Positions 62,499-64,000 of a stretch of 64,000 nt of DNA are shown one piece after another. Origin of the DNA: Aulosira sp. ZfuVER01 (lineage in GTDB: Bacteria > Cyanobacteriota > Cyanobacteriia > Cyanobacteriales > Nostocaceae). The stretch's first letter is position 1, and each line of letters opens with the position of its first letter. The notes beneath the pieces are model-generated. The model did no database searches and was not told the DNA's origin. It saw only the letters and a list, made by a program, of their open reading frames with translations. The stretch spans positions 160,001 to 224,000 of the forward strand of contig JAVRCV020000008.1 in assembly GCA_034530615.2 (NCBI GenBank), read 5' to 3'. Both the position numbers and the translations under genes were made by a program.

Positions 62499-63116
62499 TT
62501 ACAACGATGGTTTCGCAAAAATCGTCAGTAAAACAGGCCCTAATAAATAGTATTGCCCTACACAGCTTAATCCAGCAGACGCACCCATCAATTCCCGTTG
62601 ATTAGGGCTGTAAAGTCTAACGTTGCCAAGGGAACCTAACTTCAGATGCGTTTCTGGCTTACCTTTCAAACTGGTATCCACTAAATAAAAGCGTCCCCCA
62701 GGTGAAAGCACCCGCGCTACTTCGTTCAAAATCTGTTTTGGTTCTAGATAGTGTAAGAAACTTATAGTGTTAAAAACAGCGTCAAACTGACCATCAGCAA
62801 AGGGAAGGGACTCAGCCTTACCTTCAACATAAATCAAACGCGGACGATGGCGGTTGTTCTGTCTGGCTAAGCGCACCATCTGAGGAGATAAATCTAAACC
62901 AGTACCCTGCAAATCAGGAAATTTAGCAGCAAGGCGATCCAACAACCGTCCAGTACCACAACCCAAATCTAGTACACGAGGATGAGGTGGTAAATCAACA
63001 TATTCTAGCAACCGTTTGTGGACGCTTTGATAAAACACTGACGGTAAAAGCCAGTCATAACTAGGTGCCCAAAGGTCAAAAACTTGCTTTTTGTTACTGA
63101 TAAAGTCACTAGTCAT
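62499..63116 (-). CDS. Class I SAM-dependent methyltransferase
   Basis: VLDLGCGTG, GLDLSPQM, LPFADGQFDAV, RVLSPGG. Confidence 0.92.
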   Translation of the reverse strand: MTSDFISNKKQVFDLWAPSYDWLLPSVFYQSVHKRLLEYVDLPPHPRVLDLGCGTGRLLDRLAAKFPDLQGTGLDLSPQMVRLARQNNRHRPRLIYVEGKAESLPFADGQFDAVFNTISFLHYLEPKQILNEVARVLSPGGRFYLVDTSLKGKPETHLKLGSLGNVRLYSPNQRELMGASAGLSCVGQYYLLGPVLLTIFAKPSL

Positions 63117-63197
63117 CTGTTTTTCCAGCTTTCTTATAGGTAAGAGTCAAGGGTCAAGAGTCAATGGTCATTTGTCATTATTTATTTCTTCCTCGTC

Positions 63198-63237
63198 TCC
63201 CACACTTCCCACACTTCCCACACTTCCCACACTCCCT
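63198..63237. repeat. Nonamer tandem repeat (TCCCACACT)x4
   Basis: Direct reading; adjacent heptamer repeats at 63143-63180. Confidence 0.9.
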
Positions 63238-63575
63238 TGTCTTCCTTCCTGTACTCTAGCCTAAAGCTCACACTCATGCATTTGAGCATAGACGCCCGTA
63301 AAAGTTCGGGTAAACCTACAGAAAAACCGCCAATTTGGAGTGGCAAATTTATCTTCAAGCGATAGGATAGCGATCGCATAGACAAATCATCCGGAATGCA
63401 GAGAATTGATTGTGTAGTCAGATTTGTCACAAAAAGAGAAATGCACCCACAAGAGAACTAACTAAAACCCATAGTGGACTGCATAAAACTCAATTATCTA
63501 GCGTATAAATTTATAGGGATAAAAATCCTAAGCACTAAGCGAACTTTGCAATTATAAATTATTAGGAGAAAAATT

Positions 63576-63863
63576 ATGACTTGCCTTACTCAAATTCTGT
63601 TAAACCACGATCTACTCTACCCAGTACGTGAATGGTTAGAAAGTATAGATATTCATAACCGCAAACTAGCTCATTTCTTGTGTAAAGCTATTCCTGCCCA
63701 ATGCCCGTTTGAAAGAGATATTACAATTTTCGGTCGGAAGTTAATTCACATTCCACCGATGTGTAAGTTAAATCCTCTTTACGAACAAGTAGTAACTTTG
63801 CGTTTTAAAGCACTCTGTTATCTCGCAGATGAATGTGGTGAAGACGTAGCAGTCTACTGTTAA
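63576..63863 (+). CDS. Protein with 'Mo-dependent nitrogenase C-terminal' domain
   Basis: LCKAIPAQCPFERDI, HIPPMCKLNPLYEQVVTLRFKALCYLADECGED; aggag RBS. Confidence 0.88.
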   Translation: MTCLTQILLNHDLLYPVREWLESIDIHNRKLAHFLCKAIPAQCPFERDITIFGRKLIHIPPMCKLNPLYEQVVTLRFKALCYLADECGEDVAVYC

Positions 63864-64000
63864 ATATTCATGGTTTTGTGATGTAGCAGTCATCGGGAAC
63901 CGCAGATTTACGGTTGTTACGTACTCAGAACTATACTAAGCTAACGGAGTACTAATTAGATGACTAACTATTTAGTAGTTAGTATTTATCTAGAACTTGC

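Noticed and set aside
628..63377. Frequent GCGATCGC octamer (dozens of copies)
   Set aside because: This is the well-known cyanobacterial HIP1 palindrome; useful for taxonomy, not novel
63182..63430. 82-aa ORF with WEV repeats
   Set aside because: Translation of the TCCCACACT tandem repeat
63576..63863. nif gene
   Set aside because: The domain name is historical; no nitrogenase genes or motifs nearby

Overview
Chromosomal segment of a heterocyst-forming-type (Nostocales-like) cyanobacterium, judged from abundant HIP1 GCGATCGC sites, heptamer STRR repeats and small dispersed repeats (SDR). Most of it is core genome: tatC 3' end, csaA, petC-petA, an HlyB/HlyD type I secretion pair, psbA (Q130 form), an MBOAT + SGNH acyltransferase pair, ppc, a PatA-CheY-CheW-MCP-CheA taxis cluster, tRNA-Leu(UAG), alr, an HNH gene, a DHH phosphoesterase, sixA-gltA-ndhAIGE-nadK and a block of sensor kinases plus a GGDEF-EAL gene. 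The most unusual parts are: (1) an AT-rich islet at ~39.17-40.55 kb in which a RelE/ParE-fold gene with no adjacent antitoxin is translationally coupled to a sensor-less Shedu (DUF4263)-like nuclease, followed by a decayed DUF2281/VapC pair; (2) a ~340-nt multi-hairpin plus-strand ncRNA candidate between a CysR-like Crp gene and an RHH-TOBE regulator; (3) two tandem sRNA candidates after a Psb35-like gene with an in-frame TAG; (4) tiny mobile repeats nested in each other and inserted in-frame into three signalling proteins. All family calls are from motif recognition by eye, not database searches. No CRISPR array, rRNA or transposase gene was seen.
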